Shown here piece by piece: positions 37,316 through 50,935 of a stretch of 64,000 bases of DNA. The stretch is taken from the NCBI GenBank assembly GCA_028023455.1, contig JAQFVV010000010.1, positions 7,316,001 through 7,380,000 of the forward strand, in the 5' to 3' direction. The stretch is from Epiperipatus broadwayi (taxonomy: Eukaryota > Animalia > Onychophora). Both the position numbers and the translations under genes were made by a program. The notes under the pieces are model-generated. The model had not been told where the DNA came from and did no database searches. It was given only the letters and a program-made list of their open reading frames with translations. The number at the start of each line of letters is the position of its first letter. Positions within the stretch are counted from its first letter, which is position 1.

Positions 37316-37612
37316 TTAAACAAGGCAAATGCTATTGAGCTTAGAGTGAAAATATTAGTGTTTTCAATTTCATTCTCATAGTTTTGTAGTTTAAGTACAG
37401 ATAAAAGGTGGCTGCTGGAGGGTTGCATTAGATCCTAAGATGGTGCAGTGCTCTCAGATTCAAGGTTCCTCACTGACGAAGGCCACAAGACAGAAACTAG
37501 TCTGGGGATATTGGATGAGTAGGCACTAGATAGGGATTTTATGCACAAGCCTTCTGGCATCCATTGATTACTCTGGTTGGCACTACTGTATGGAGAGTTT
37601 TGCCTTGTTTAA
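37316..37612 (+). mobile_element. Family B hammerhead-bearing element with 14-bp inverted ends
   Basis: Highly similar to 38637-38900; ttaaacaaggcaaa (37316-37329) is the exact reverse complement of tttgccttgtttaa (37598-37612 region). Confidence 0.75.
37468..37507 (+). ncRNA. Minimal hammerhead ribozyme, stem II imperfect
   Basis: CCTCA CTGACGA AGGC CACAA GACA GAAAC TA GTC TGGGG: core, stem I and stem III intact. Confidence 0.6.
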
Positions 37613-38636
37613 TCATTAGCAATAATGAAAAACATTTTTTTCATTATTTCTTTTAAATCTTGTTCCAAATTTCTCTTAAATCTTTTTTATCCCAAATCAG
37701 TAAAAATATTGCTTAGTACTTCCTCCATAAAATTTACAAGTAAAAGTCTTTTCTTTCTATTGACAAACATGAACGAAATCTTTAACATGAAGAAAAAAAA
37801 AAAACCCCAAAAGTACATTTTAAATTATTTATCATCAACTGCTACAATTTTATCAAACTATAATCACGCTATATTTGCTAATTCTGCATCTCACTATGAA
37901 TTCCTTAAACTCGAATAATTTATATATTCTGTATATTTTTGAAACATAACTGCCATTTATGATTTTAGCGTTTATTAATTCAATGCTATGAGTGAAGATT
38001 GTTGTCACTATATTTTGAATATTTATTTTACATCTAAGGTCTACTAAATAACTTTTGTAATATATTTATTTGTTTTTAGAAAGCATTTAAATGTTTTCTT
38101 AAAATTCTATGATTACTTTTGAAATCTTCATTCTTTAAATTATTTTTTTGAACACTTTCAAGGAATATTTTAATATTTAAAAATCATATTTTTTTCTTAT
38201 TTTAAAATATTAATACTTTTGTCATCAAAAAAGCAACAATGTATTTTCTTTTTATAGCAATCCTTGGATTAAAAAATATTTTTTATAATTTATTATAGCA
38301 ATATAAATAATGAAAAAGAATTACATTGAATGTTTTTTTTCATCTCAAGTTTTTACCTAAAATTTTCTTATAGAAGTAAACGTAAATAAATAAAAACAAA
38401 TAACTGCATTTGGTCGTTCTGCTGCTGTGAAAATAATACATTTATTCAGTAATTCGGGAAATTATTTTCAAAATGATTCTAATCTTCTAATATGGAATTT
38501 CCAAAATCTACAAGTGACAATCATTAGTATTTTGTATACTGGAAAAAAAAGTTTAAACACATCATAATTTGAAACATACTCCAATTAATAATTCAATAAA
38601 CATAACATGACCACCACTTTTTATGCTTGGGTATAA

Positions 38637-38900
38637 CTGTTTTAAAACAGTTTAAGACATAGTTTTGTAGTTAAATGGAGATAAAAGGTGGCTGCTGGAG
38701 GGTTGCATTAGATCCTAAGATCTAGGTGCAGTGCTCTCAGATCCAAGGCTCCTCACTGATGAAGGCCACAAGCCAGAAACTAGACTGGGGATATTGGATG
38801 AGTAGGCATTAGATGGGGATTTTATGCACAAACCTTCTGGCATCCATTGATTAGCTTGCTGGGCGTGGCAATATGTATAGTGAGTTTTGCCTGTTTTAAA
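38637..38900 (+). mobile_element. Family B hammerhead-bearing element
   Basis: gataaaaggtggctgctggagggttgcattagatcctaagat...cttctggcatccattgatta shared with 37316-37612; ctgttttaaa at both 38637 and 38891 (possible target-site duplication). Confidence 0.75.
38751..38790 (+). ncRNA. Hammerhead ribozyme copy with mutated cleavage triplet
   Basis: CCTCA CTGATGA AGGC CACAA GCCA GAAAC TA GAC TGGGG: GTC changed to GAC. Confidence 0.55.
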
Positions 38901-39729
38901 TTAATAATTCTTTAACATTGATATCTAATTTGAAGTGTACTTACTTTGTAACTCTTTAACATTGATATTACTCTTTATCAATCAATGTTCTGCATACATT
39001 AAAACTCATAATTTAAAAATTAAACTTGTAGAATATAGAACCTATGTATTATCATTATAATAAAGGCTGTGGACATTATTTTGGCAAACTTTGCACTTGG
39101 TATATATACAATTTTCCTTACATAGCTTTAATTTCCAATTACCTTGGTAATCTTTGTTTTCAAAAATCTGATCTTTAATGGTTTATTTTAAAAACTAAAT
39201 AGCCATACATATATATGGATGTTTTGTAAATACATTGTGACATAAGTATTACATATGAACAAAGTTTGGGAGGTAAATCAAATTCATTGTTTATAAAAAT
39301 TTCCCAGAAAGTTCCTGATGTTCAGATCTCATGGCAATCACACATCTGCATATAAATGTTATTTTATTAAAATAATTAAATGGTTTTATTGCATAGGAAT
39401 TCACGAGTGCCAGAAATGGAAAATAGGCTAAAGAATCTTATGGTACAAAGTCTGGCACTCTAACACTAAGCTAAATCATGTAGGTCTGTAAACTATAATT
39501 TAAATCAGCAAGATTAATTCTTCTAAACAACAGATACCACAATGCACTATCCATTATAAATTGGGCTGCATGACTGAAACGAAAAATTCACAAATATATT
39601 TAGTACAAAATAGAACTACTTTTTTTTTTTTTTTTTAAAAAAAAATCACATACAATTTTAAATAACAAAAATAGAATGAGAAATTGTGACTAAAACACAA
39701 AAATTTAATATAAAATTATTATGCTATGT

Positions 39730-42700
39730 TAAATCCCCAGGTGGAGCTAGCTGAAGAAACAACTCTCAACATTGCTGCTGATTTAAGTGGATTTTTATTT
39801 AGTTGTTGATAGAAAAGAGGTGCATTATTTCCATATTGGACTGTTTAAAGATGGGTTTTATTCATTTATCATTCCAGTCAAAATTTAAAATTTAAGTTCC
39901 CTTTTTTTTTTTTCAAAATTTCTCAAAACACTATCAAATCCACGATGGCGACAACTCCTTGAGCTTTTTTTAAAAAAGATAAATAACAAAGCTTTATCAA
40001 AATCTAAAATTAATCAAAGTTCAAAAAAAAATTAATCAGAAAGTTGATAGTAATCATAATTCTGGAATTAAAAAGCAATTCTCAATCTCCAATAGTGCTT
40101 AAAATGTTCTCTACTGGATAATAAATTACAAAACGTCAAAATCAAACTGCAAGACCCTAAAAACGTTAATGATTATGTTGGGCCCTCAGTCAAATTTTCT
40201 AAAACTAAAAAAAAAAACCAAAATAACAATTTGGGAAATGTTTTTACAGAAACTACACAACAGAATAAAATCTTAGTAATTGATAATGACTCTCAAAAAG
40301 ACCACAATATTATCCAAAAAACAGGTCATCTTATGCAAAAGCACTGGACATGCCAGCCTTGGACTTAATAATATAAACAAAAGTAATCTAGAGCAAGTTC
40401 AGGAGTTGACACAGGTGTAGGGACTTGGGGAGGAACAATACAATGAAGAAATGTCAAAAATCACAAAGCTACAATCTTGGGAAAACACAAAATCATCAAA
40501 TTACAACAAAAAATTTAAAAACTGTTCCATTATTGCTAAAATTTCTTAAATTTTATCACAATAACTATTCAATAATCCTTGCCATAACAGATCTAAACTG
40601 CAGCCTTTTCAGATTCCCAATTGAAGAGCTAGCTCTACAATCTCTTAAAAACCAAAAATCTAATTTAAAATGTTTTCAAAATCCTCACATTGCCAAATGA
40701 TCGATATGTAGCAATACAGTTTAACAACTTCTTACAAAAGCTGCCATTGGCTTTGAGAAACAAAACCTGCAAAAGTATCTGGACAACTATGGGAAAGTCG
40801 TGAATTTTGAATATCTCAAGGATAAAAACACTGGTGGTCTTACACTTACCAACACCAGAATCTTCACATTCAGCCTGAAATAGGGTCTTTTCCCAGAAGC
40901 AATCCCTACCATAATTGCAGCTGATGAATATCCCCTAGTCATTTTCATTAAGGAAGTCAGACCAAAAGATTTTATTTGTAAAACCATGAACATTTGATGA
41001 GGGAGTGTCCTCAAAAGTGGTCTCATTTGTAAGAAAAAAAGACTTGTGGACATAGGCGTAGGTTAGACCCTTCAGTCAAGTCTGATAACCAGGTTCGTTA
41101 TTTCCATTGAAAATCTATCAGTCAACTCATATACTTCAACACTGACAGAGGATCATCAAAATAGTATGGATTTTCTGCCTGGTCCAAAGACTAATGACAT
41201 TGCACAATCCTCATTGGAGGAGTGTACCAGATATGATGAACTTGGGCTATAAATTCTGCCATTGAAAAGGATGTCCTGCGTGCAAGTAAACACATTCACC
41301 CAATTCAATCAGAAAAGTTCTGAGGGAATAGGTGGCAAAGATAGCTTCTGGCAACCATGTAACAGTAGAAAATGTCCAAGGGTGCTTGCGAGTTCAAAAA
41401 ACTATTGGAGTGTACCAGAAATGGACTCAAATGGTGAAGAACTTGGGCAATAAATTCTGCCATTGAAAAGGATGTCCTGCGTGCAAGTAAACACATTCAT
41501 CCAATTCAATCAGAAAGTTCTGAGGGAATAGGTGACAAAGATAACTTCTGGCAAACATGTAACAGTAGAAAATTGTCCAAGGGTCACTTGCGAGTTCAAA
41601 AAACTAGATGCTGAATACTCATTACACAACTCTGCCATGTTTTCTTTTTATCAACAGGTAGTTAAATTCTATACAAATTTTGGAGGGCGGAATGTCAGAC
41701 AAGTGTAAATGACCCTTCGTTATGACTAACGCAAAAAAGGAAAACAAAAAAACCAAGGTATCCCCAAGAACCACCAGATCTTCATTGCAATAACTTTCTA
41801 TCATCAAATTGAACCAATGATTTTCCTTCCCTATCAATTAGTCTCATTATTCTATACCTCTTTTTGTAGCACATATCTCATTTCTCGTATTGCCCTCTCA
41901 ATGCAACTAAACACCAATATAAATATTTGCTGCACCCATTCTGTTATCACTATATGCATATTTCAATAGTCAAAATTAATGTTAGGGGACTAAACTCTCT
42001 GAGTAGAATATTTGCTATCAAAAACTGGTAACGTCAGAATACTTGTAACATTTTATTCATGTCTGAAACCAAACTAAACAAATTCTAGTCACAAAATTGA
42101 TGATGTATTTTCTTCTTTTGGCTATTTCAGGTATTCTGCCTCTATTGTTTCAGCCAAAGGGGTTGCAATAATCATAAATGCTCTGGTTCTTCTGGCTTTG
42201 CAATTTTACACTTGGATGAGTTCCATATTAGTTGGTGTTCAGTTTGGAAACTTTAGATGCTATATTGCACACCTTTATCTACAACCAGATGACTCACTCA
42301 TTAAGCGCATCATATTAGAAAGTAATATACTAAGTGGAAATAACACCTTTGCTTATTCTTGGTGACTTTAACATGGGATATGAGGTTCAATAAAAAAATA
42401 TATGCATTTGTTTACCAAGGGTCTTATGTGCAGGCAGGGTCTATTTCCCAAAGATGCCTTCTCATTCTATACCAAGAGATGGAAGACCTTTATTGACCTC
42501 ACATACTATTCCCCCAAAATTATATTTTTTTAATGGACACTAAACTTAAAACTGTTTTCACAGACCATAAAGCCTTGCATATTGACCTAGATGCCAGTTC
42601 AGGTCCACCCATAAACCTGGGACTAAGAAAAACAATTAAATTTCTTAATAGGCAGATCGCCCCTATAGCTCATCTCGGTTTACATTTACTTATTCAAAAT

Positions 42701-45031
42701 AAATATTCTGAGTCTGGACCCAGTTTCTGCTTGGACAGTTTTTGTTGAGATTTTCCAATTGCTCAACAGGTTTACTTGGAACTCTCATGGATCAAATTGC
42801 ACATTACTTGGACTTGATCTGTGACATTAATCAAATCACCCTACTCAAGCAACAATACCATGATGCACAGAAGGCCCTAGCAGAGTAAATTGCAGTTAAG
42901 CGAGCCTGAAGATTCTTGGATAGTCAGCATTGCTGGACAGAAGCTATCTAGGGTGGGCACAGGGTTCAAAAAAAGGTCACTCCCTCTTCCATACATATCA
43001 ATGGCAAATTTCAAATAGAAGACATGTTAATCATCATAAGAAATCATTTCAAGACAAAGTTTCAAAAACCAGAATAGCACTCCTAACATTGACAATGCTC
43101 ATCATGGAATTACAGCGAACACCATTCTAAATAAATTTAAATCAATTCCTGTCAGAACCCACCCATGACCACATGCAATACCCAAGTGCCTTCTGCACCT
43201 CAGCCACTACACCATCCCCATCATTCTCAACATGCTGAATGAAATGGCTGGAGGTTGCAAGGTCATCGAGGAACTATATCCTGTCTCGCTAGTCTTTTCC
43301 GAAAAAGAATCGACCGCTGTCGGATCTCACAAGTCTTAGGCTTATTTTGATGATGCCTCTCCTCATAAAAATAAGTCTATGATCAAAGAATTAACCTAAG
43401 AACTAATTATTCCCAGTTTATCTCCGTTTGCATGTAGGGTTGGTCCACGATTAATGCAGCTTCTATTTTCAAAATAATAATCAAACATGTGAGGTGTCAG
43501 AGATATTTCAGACCCATAGCTGTCCAACTGAACATTTAGGCTGCCTTTGACTCTATAAGAGTCGATCTCGTCAGCGTACTAAGAACCTATCCTATTCCTG
43601 ATACCCTCTTATCCATCATGAAGAATATCCTTAGCAACAGGGAAATTCTTATGATGAATGGCAGAATCGCTCCGGGGTTTTGTCCCAACATCTGTATATC
43701 CCAGGGATCTTCACTGAGCACATTATTATTTATTGCATTCATCAACCCATTGGTTCTTAAGGTTGAAAGAGATCTCCATGGGGAATACCTTCCAAAGCTG
43801 GGCAGAGGTAAAATGCCTAGCATGTCAATGATGTAGTCATCCTCCTCCCATCTATAGATTGCCTGCCAATACTGGAAGACATACTACATTGGTATACAGA
43901 ACAATATCAGCAGTTTTTCAATCAGGATGTCTGCAGTCTGAAAATTGTCATCTGGAAAGAAAATTCCATCACCATTTCTAGCCAGACCATAAAAGGTTCC
44001 CATTCATGCTTTCTCCTTGGGACACGAGAATCCAATTACAAAACGTTTTTCAAAAGTATGACACTCTTAAATCACTCTCTGGCAAGGTTACACTACTCAA
44101 CTCGTTAATACTCACCTAAAATAAATTACTTCCTTCCAATCATGACCTTCATAGCAAAAATTAATTCCCTATGTTCTGGATTCCTGTGGAGAAAGAAAAC
44201 TGTCGCAATCAGCCTTAGGAAGGTATGCCTACCCAAAAAACTAAATGGACCAGGACTACATACTATCTCTTCTTTTCTAGTACAGAGAGCACATATGCTC
44301 ATCACAATTAGAATAATCTCGGAGGACTGATATCAATCCCATCACTCCCACTGATACTCCTTATCATCGTTGGTTCCTACCGTGGACTGATATGGTTGTC
44401 AATCTGGTTAAGAGTAGTGGAATCATTGTGGGGGCAATTGGGAATAAGCCCAAAAATTGGGACATTCATTCTTCATAATAACCTTAACTGTTCTCAAGGT
44501 TAAGAATGAATACATCAAACTATGAAAGCTTGAGGCTAAATATTTATTTTAAAAATAAACGTACACCTGCTACCAATTAATGAATTTCTAGTAAATAAGA
44601 GGGCTTAACAAAATACATACTCAATGTCAAGTGAAACACTGCAACACTTCCGATACAAGTGCAAAACTCTACAGCAGTATAGATCATTAATCAGCTGCTG
44701 GATATCATGACTGAATTTTCAATACTGTATTCAGGCTGGTTGGTGTTTTTTCAACAATAAGACTATCTATCATGTTGAACTATTCACTGTGGATCCTTAG
44801 GTGCTACTTAGTGATTTGTTTGGTATTATTAAAACATTGAAAGGGACTGCAAAGTTTCCTATGCTAAACTCTATGAGGACACAAAGCATCATTCTGCAAT
44901 AATTATGTTCTTAATTTTTTTTCAGATATCCCTAATACCAATTGTATCGGTCATATCTTGTTACCTAAATTGCAAGTTATAATGTACCTATTTTTTTTGG
45001 ATGAATAAAGTTCATCATTGAATAAAAAAAA
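39730..45031 (+). mobile_element. Near full-length degenerate L1/Tx1-clade LINE
   Basis: ORF1 remnants (ILAITDLNCSLFRFPIEEL; KVVNFEYLKDKNTGGLTLTNTR); ORF2 IVKINVRGLN at 41966, SETKL, AAFDSI, NG...ISQGSSLSTLLFIAFINPL, HVNDVVIL (YADD equivalent), FLW...ISLRKVCLPKKLNGPGL (typical L1-clade C-terminal block); aataaa and an A-tail at ~45003-45031. 5' limit approximate. Confidence 0.8.
41221..41605 (+). repeat. ~201-bp tandem duplication inside the LINE, upstream of ORF2
   Basis: ccattgaaaaggatgtcctgcgtgcaagtaaacacattca at 41259 and 41460. Confidence 0.9.
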
Positions 45032-48000
45032 ATAATTATGCCAATATAAACATAAATTAAATGGCACAAAAAACTGTAAGTTGCCTATGTATGACTTAAT
45101 TATCGATTTTTGAAATGTTTTGTCAATTTGAATGCATTTTCTAACAAATCTTATTAAAATATTAGTACTTTTGAATTTTTTTAAAAAAAAATTAACTGTT
45201 AAAGTTATTTAATAAAAGAATATGCAAAGTTTGAACATTTGCCCAGGTAACAGACCCATGGCTATAGGTTATCTAACAATTATCAGCTACAAAATCCCAA
45301 ATAATTTTGATAAATATCATAAAGAAAACTATAGATGATGAAACCATGGTTTTAAAACTCTGGTAGGAACAAGATATTTTTAGGCAATACAATTTTTTTT
45401 TAAAGTCAAATAATCAAACAACTATTATTGTTCAATATAATGGGTATCTGATGTGATTAACTAGATTGTAAAAAAAAAGAAAAGCACAAAAAATTTTTGT
45501 TTGCATTTTTAATCTAATTACTTTGATTAAAATAACTTGATAAAAATATAAATTTTGCTTTAAAAATAATTTGAATCATGTAAATTTTGACAATATAAAA
45601 AATTTAGTCATATAATTAGCTGTTTGGTGTTAATGTTTGAGCATTCAAATAATACATTGAGCAAGTTTTATTCAATTAACGAAATGGTTTTTTCCTTACT
45701 TTATTAAGCTGAGAATTAAATCAGGAACTTCACACTTTACAATGTGTAAATCAACTGAATACTGTTTATAAATAAAAACGTGTGTACAAAATTCACATAC
45801 ACCATATTTAATTCAGGTAATGAGATTTTTTTTTAATCTTATAGAAATTTTTTTTTTTAAAAATTAATCTTAAATAATAGAATTTTGAGATATAGATCTT
45901 TCTACATTTTTAAAGTTAACATCAGTTCCACAATTATTTAAATATTTCATTTTATATTACAAATGTACTCTAGGTGGCTTCAACATTTTTCTTTGCACTG
46001 TGTCTAGACTCTCATAATTTTTACAGAAGTCTTCTTTATCTTTTATTGTAACACTATATTTCTTCAAATTCCACCAAACAGAAAAAAAAAAATCCAAAAT
46101 GTGAAATCAGTAAAAATATCTTAGTTTTGACCTAAATATAAACCCTTAGAAACTTGTGTTCTTATGTGAACTGTTACATTTTCACACTAAAAGGCACTAA
46201 GTGATGCATAAATCCATATTTTGGTGAAACAATTAAATGTGAATAATTAAGCAGGGCAAGAATAAAGATTATTTCTTCCTGTTATTATATAATTTTGACT
46301 CATTTGACCAGATAATTTCCAGAATCTTTCTTCTTCTTTCATTAAATTTTACTGTCTTCAACCTAAATTGGTAATATGCTGGTTATTATGAGATTCTAGT
46401 GCCAATGATCCTCTCTGCATTATGATTGTATACCTGAGAATTTTCATTCTAAGTATGCAAAGCTCTTATCATTTCATTTCTAAATATATCATAACATAGA
46501 ATGGGTGAACATTGCTTGATGTATATTTTTCATGTTGTAAGCATACGAGTGTTTTTAATTAAAGAATTGTCAAGATTGATATGGGTTTTAGAAAAAAATA
46601 ATGTAAAAAAAGCCTATACAGCTTTAGATTTTCTATTTCCTTCTGATAAAATTTCTAGAAGCATGAATGAAAAGTTAACATTAAAAAAAAAAATCTACAC
46701 AATAATAGCTATGACCAATATTTGTTTCTAAAATTCAGGCTTTTATTTACATATTTTTTTAAAAATTCAAATGGTGGAAAAAACAGTAAATTACATGCAG
46801 TTACTATAAATAACAGTAATTGTTCACAAATTTTTAACTGAAAAATTGCTATAAAAACATTGATATACATTAATAAATGCATTCTTCACTATATTGATAA
46901 AAAAAATTGATGTTCATTTTTTAAAAGCTTATTGTTGCTAATATTTAAGTCAATTGGACTTCCAAGCTGTTCCTATTGCTGAGGCAAAGAATTCTCTTAA
47001 GGAATGTTGTAAATGTCGTTCAGATTAAAGTTTTCTGATGATTATATTGATTTATCATGGCATTTTCTGATTATTTAAATAATAAAATTAATGGAAACCA
47101 TAAACAATAGACATTTAAAGGCAAATTTAATAACTAATCAAAGAACCTGATAATGATTAGTAGATTAAATTAGTCATTTTGTTGATAGGGGAACTAGATC
47201 TTTTTTTAAATGACATATTGACCTAAAAATGATACTATTAAATTAATGGATTACATTTGTTTAAATTCTAGATGGAATATTTTGACAATCTTTTGAATAA
47301 TATTACAAGAAATTCTAAAGATTGCTTTTAACATATCCAATTTTTCCATTCAGATTTAGACAATATTGGTTGATGTGTTAGCATCAAAAGTATTGAAATT
47401 TTTAGGAATATATTAACCCATAAAGTTGTACCATATGACCAAAAAATACTTCTTTTGTTCCACTTTATAAAGATAGAAAATATTGCAATGTTATAGAATA
47501 TCAGTTAAACTATTTTCAGAATTATTAAATTATACCTGGTCACAGAAAATCATTAGATTCAAGATGGTTTAAGTTAATTCTGTAACAATGTTTGAAACAC
47601 TGCTTATTGTTCAATGAAGTTTTTTCATAAAAAATTTTTTTTTATAGGTGGGATCTGAAGGATTTTAATGGCAGCAACTCTGGAAATAATTTGTAATGGT
47701 ATTTTAATTTTAACTAATTACAAGTCAAAACAAGACTTTCATCTCCTCGACTGATTTATATATTAATGCTGATAGTAGTATTATTCATATCAATTAAAAA
47801 GATGACATATAGAAAATATTTTGAAAATTACTTCATCAGCCGCTGATGGAAGAAAAAATCTTAGCTTTTGGCTTATTAATTTGTCAGAATTTAATTTAAA
47901 TGTCTTGGTAGCTTTTTGGATGTGGAGATCCGTGGAGCATAAACAATATTCTGCTGCAATATGCTATTTTTTTTCATATGGTATAATTACTTAAGTCAAT

Positions 48001-49488
48001 TTGGCAAAATACTATTGCCGTAAGTTATTTTGATCAATTTATTGAGTGTAATTAAGTCTCAGATCCCTTATCATCGTAATATAGTGGTACTGAAAATTTT
48101 TATAAGAATGCTCATTAATACTGAAAATGGTTAAATTATGACGGATTTTTAAAACTTCTGATTGTGAGATTGAAACTATAGAAGTAAAGACATCTTGTCA
48201 TTGAATAGCCATGTGAACTGGATGCAATAACAGGATTTCTAAAATATTTTGTTATAAACTTGTGCATGAGAATCATGTGACATATCTTTTTTAGAGATGT
48301 AATATTAACTGTTCTCAATGAGATAACACTGCTAAGGATAGAATGCAATGTTCATCTTAATTTACGCAAGATGTTGGAAATTTTTGTTGCAAAAGATACC
48401 ATCCCAAGATGTCAAATAAATAAGTTAAAGATTGGCATGATATAAGAATGTATTTGCCATTCACTGTAGATATCAAAAAATTTATTTAACTTTTGTTGTC
48501 ATTTTTTTTTTCTGGCGTGTAAATGACCATTCTTGTTCTTAAGTGACTATTACAAGTCTATCAATTTCTGGGAAATGTTGGCATATTCACCCATAACAGA
48601 AGACAATTCAATTAGTTATTTTTTTAAGAAAATATGAAATGCAACAAATTCTGTCTAGCAATCAACGCCTTCTAGTTACAGGAGTCAATAAAATAGCAGC
48701 AGATACAAAACATTTAGCTAAATACATATAGGATGAGGATCAACAGCAAAACAGAATTTGATAGACACTAGATTATAATTCATATATCCAATATAAACTT
48801 ATAAAGTTTAAGATTAAAAAATTGAGAAGTTGTAGTCAGTTTTGTATACCCTGTAATCACATTAACTTCCTACTTTAGTACTTTTAACATAATAAAATCT
48901 CTCAAACAGAATTTTTGTACTCTTAAAAAATTCATTTCATTTACTTAACAATTTTGTTATTTTTGTGCCTCATAACTTCCAATAAGTTTTCCAACTATCT
49001 TTAATTAAGTTATTATGGCTTTGGGTCAAACCTAATAAATGCCATCAAATCTTCATAATCATAATACTTAATCAGAAAATTAAGTGATCTTTATATATAT
49101 ATAAAAAGGGTTTAAAAACGAAGCAATTTCTTTTTAAATATAGAAAGAATACTTTGAATTTAAGATATATCATGGGTGAATTGTAACAAAAAAGAAATAC
49201 AATATTTATTGTGTGTACATATGTAATGCAACTTATTTCTAAAATAGAACTTATTTTTCTCTCAAGAAATTAGATTTATTACAAGCTTTTTTGAGGAAAA
49301 TTTTAAATTTGTAACAAAATGACTGCAGCCTTCTGTATGCCACTGTTTAAACTTACCAGAATCTTTAAAGTTTGGCACAGATCACAAGGGTTTCATCTAT
49401 TTTTTTTTTTTTTAAAAAAAATGATATTACTTAGTCAAAGAATTCTATATTTTTAACTTTTTAAATTAAAATCTCAATAAAAACAATG

Positions 49489-49830
49489 TATAAAATATCC
49501 CTATCACTAAACTACTTTTTAATTTCAGCAGTGCTGCTCTCTTGTGGAACAAATGTAAGTCTGAATAAAGTGACACAAGTGAAAAGATAACATTTCTTTG
49601 CTATAAAGATGTAATGTATATTGTAGTCCAGATACTTTATCAAGCAGAATATAAATCAGCAAAGATCTCATTTTATGAATAAACACTTCTTGTTAAAATA
49701 GGTCTGGATTTCATATACAATAGGTAAGAGATGATCTATTTCTTGCACCACTTTATTCAGACTTGTTTGTTTCATAAGAGAATGCTGCTGAAATTAAAAA
49801 AGTAATATTTGGTGATAGTGATGTTTTATA
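49489..49830. mobile_element. MITE-like element with ~90-bp imperfect terminal inverted repeats
   Basis: tataaaatatccctatcac...ttttaatttcagcag...aagtctgaataaagtg versus cactttattcagactt...ctgctgaaattaaaaa...gtgatagtgatgttttata; TA at both ends. Confidence 0.7.
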
Positions 49831-50489
49831 ATTGAATTTCAGATAGCGATATACAAGTAGCTAAACTATTATACACAATTTGTTCCTATGAAAGATTCAT
49901 AAATGAAAATACGTGTTCCTATAACTGATTTAAGCAATTTCCAATTAATGAAGAAGTTTCTATTTATATGATAATTATTCAAAAGTATAAAAATAATAAA
50001 TTGTTTTAAATCCAATTAAAAATATATGCCTAACAAATGGAGATCTGAACTTAAAAAAGGAGTTTACTATTATCTGATAGGACTCTTTGAGACTTTAGAA
50101 CTAAGCAGGGCAAATTCCTAATGTCCACTCCACATTTTGGTCATTGGATGGGCTGCTGACCAACATGCATCAAACAGCATGGTGAATTTATTAGCTTATT
50201 ATCTCTGAGTTAAAGATTAAGAAGCACTATGTTCTTTCTTTTCAATTGCCTGAAAATTTTTAAAGTGTCAGTTGAATGATCTTGAAAGCAAAATGAATGT
50301 GTGAATGAATGAATTTTTCTAAAATAAATATTTACAATATGACAGACAAAACTAAATCATGTTATTTATTCCTAGAAGCTGTAAAGTCACCAATCAAGGC
50401 AGTAATCGGTGGTAAATTCCTGATTGTGGATCCAGATTGTTACTTGATCTTATATTTAGGCATTTACAATTGCAATCACTTTCAAGTAA

Positions 50490-50935
50490 AGAGATTACAT
50501 GGATTGGAAGAGCTATCTAATAATACATGGAACATTGTTGGACTTCATGAAGTTGGAAGAAAATGTAGACACAATTTAAAGTGGTCATATTATGCTACAA
50601 AGGCACAAATATTGAAAGCACAAGTGAAATAGGATTGTGGAAATGAATGGTGTATCAGACAGAGTGAACAAGATTAGTTATTCAATTTAATGGAAGATAT
50701 CAAATGTAAAATTCAGGTTTATGTCCCATCAAATTCTTAGTGATAAAGAGGATTTTTATATAGATGCATAAAATTTTTTTGATCAGATAAAACATCTTAA
50801 AAATTGTCATGAGACTTTAATGCTAGAATTGGTAAACAAAAGATGGTGCTGAGAATAAATTTGATTATGGTGATAGAAACAAGACAGGATACAGACTTGT
50901 GGAGTTCTCAGAAAAACTATATTGATGCAATCGCT
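50490..50935 (+). mobile_element. RTE-clade LINE APE endonuclease fragment
   Basis: EELSNNTWNIVGLHEVGRK, SDRV..LVIQFN, IQVYVP, RDFNARIG, YGDRNKTGYRLVEF (frameshifted). Confidence 0.75.

Noticed and set aside
47700-48650. hAT-like transposase remnant on the minus strand (ELSSVMGEY, LPSAADEVIFKIFS)
   Set aside because: Motif resemblance too weak and fragmentary to annotate.
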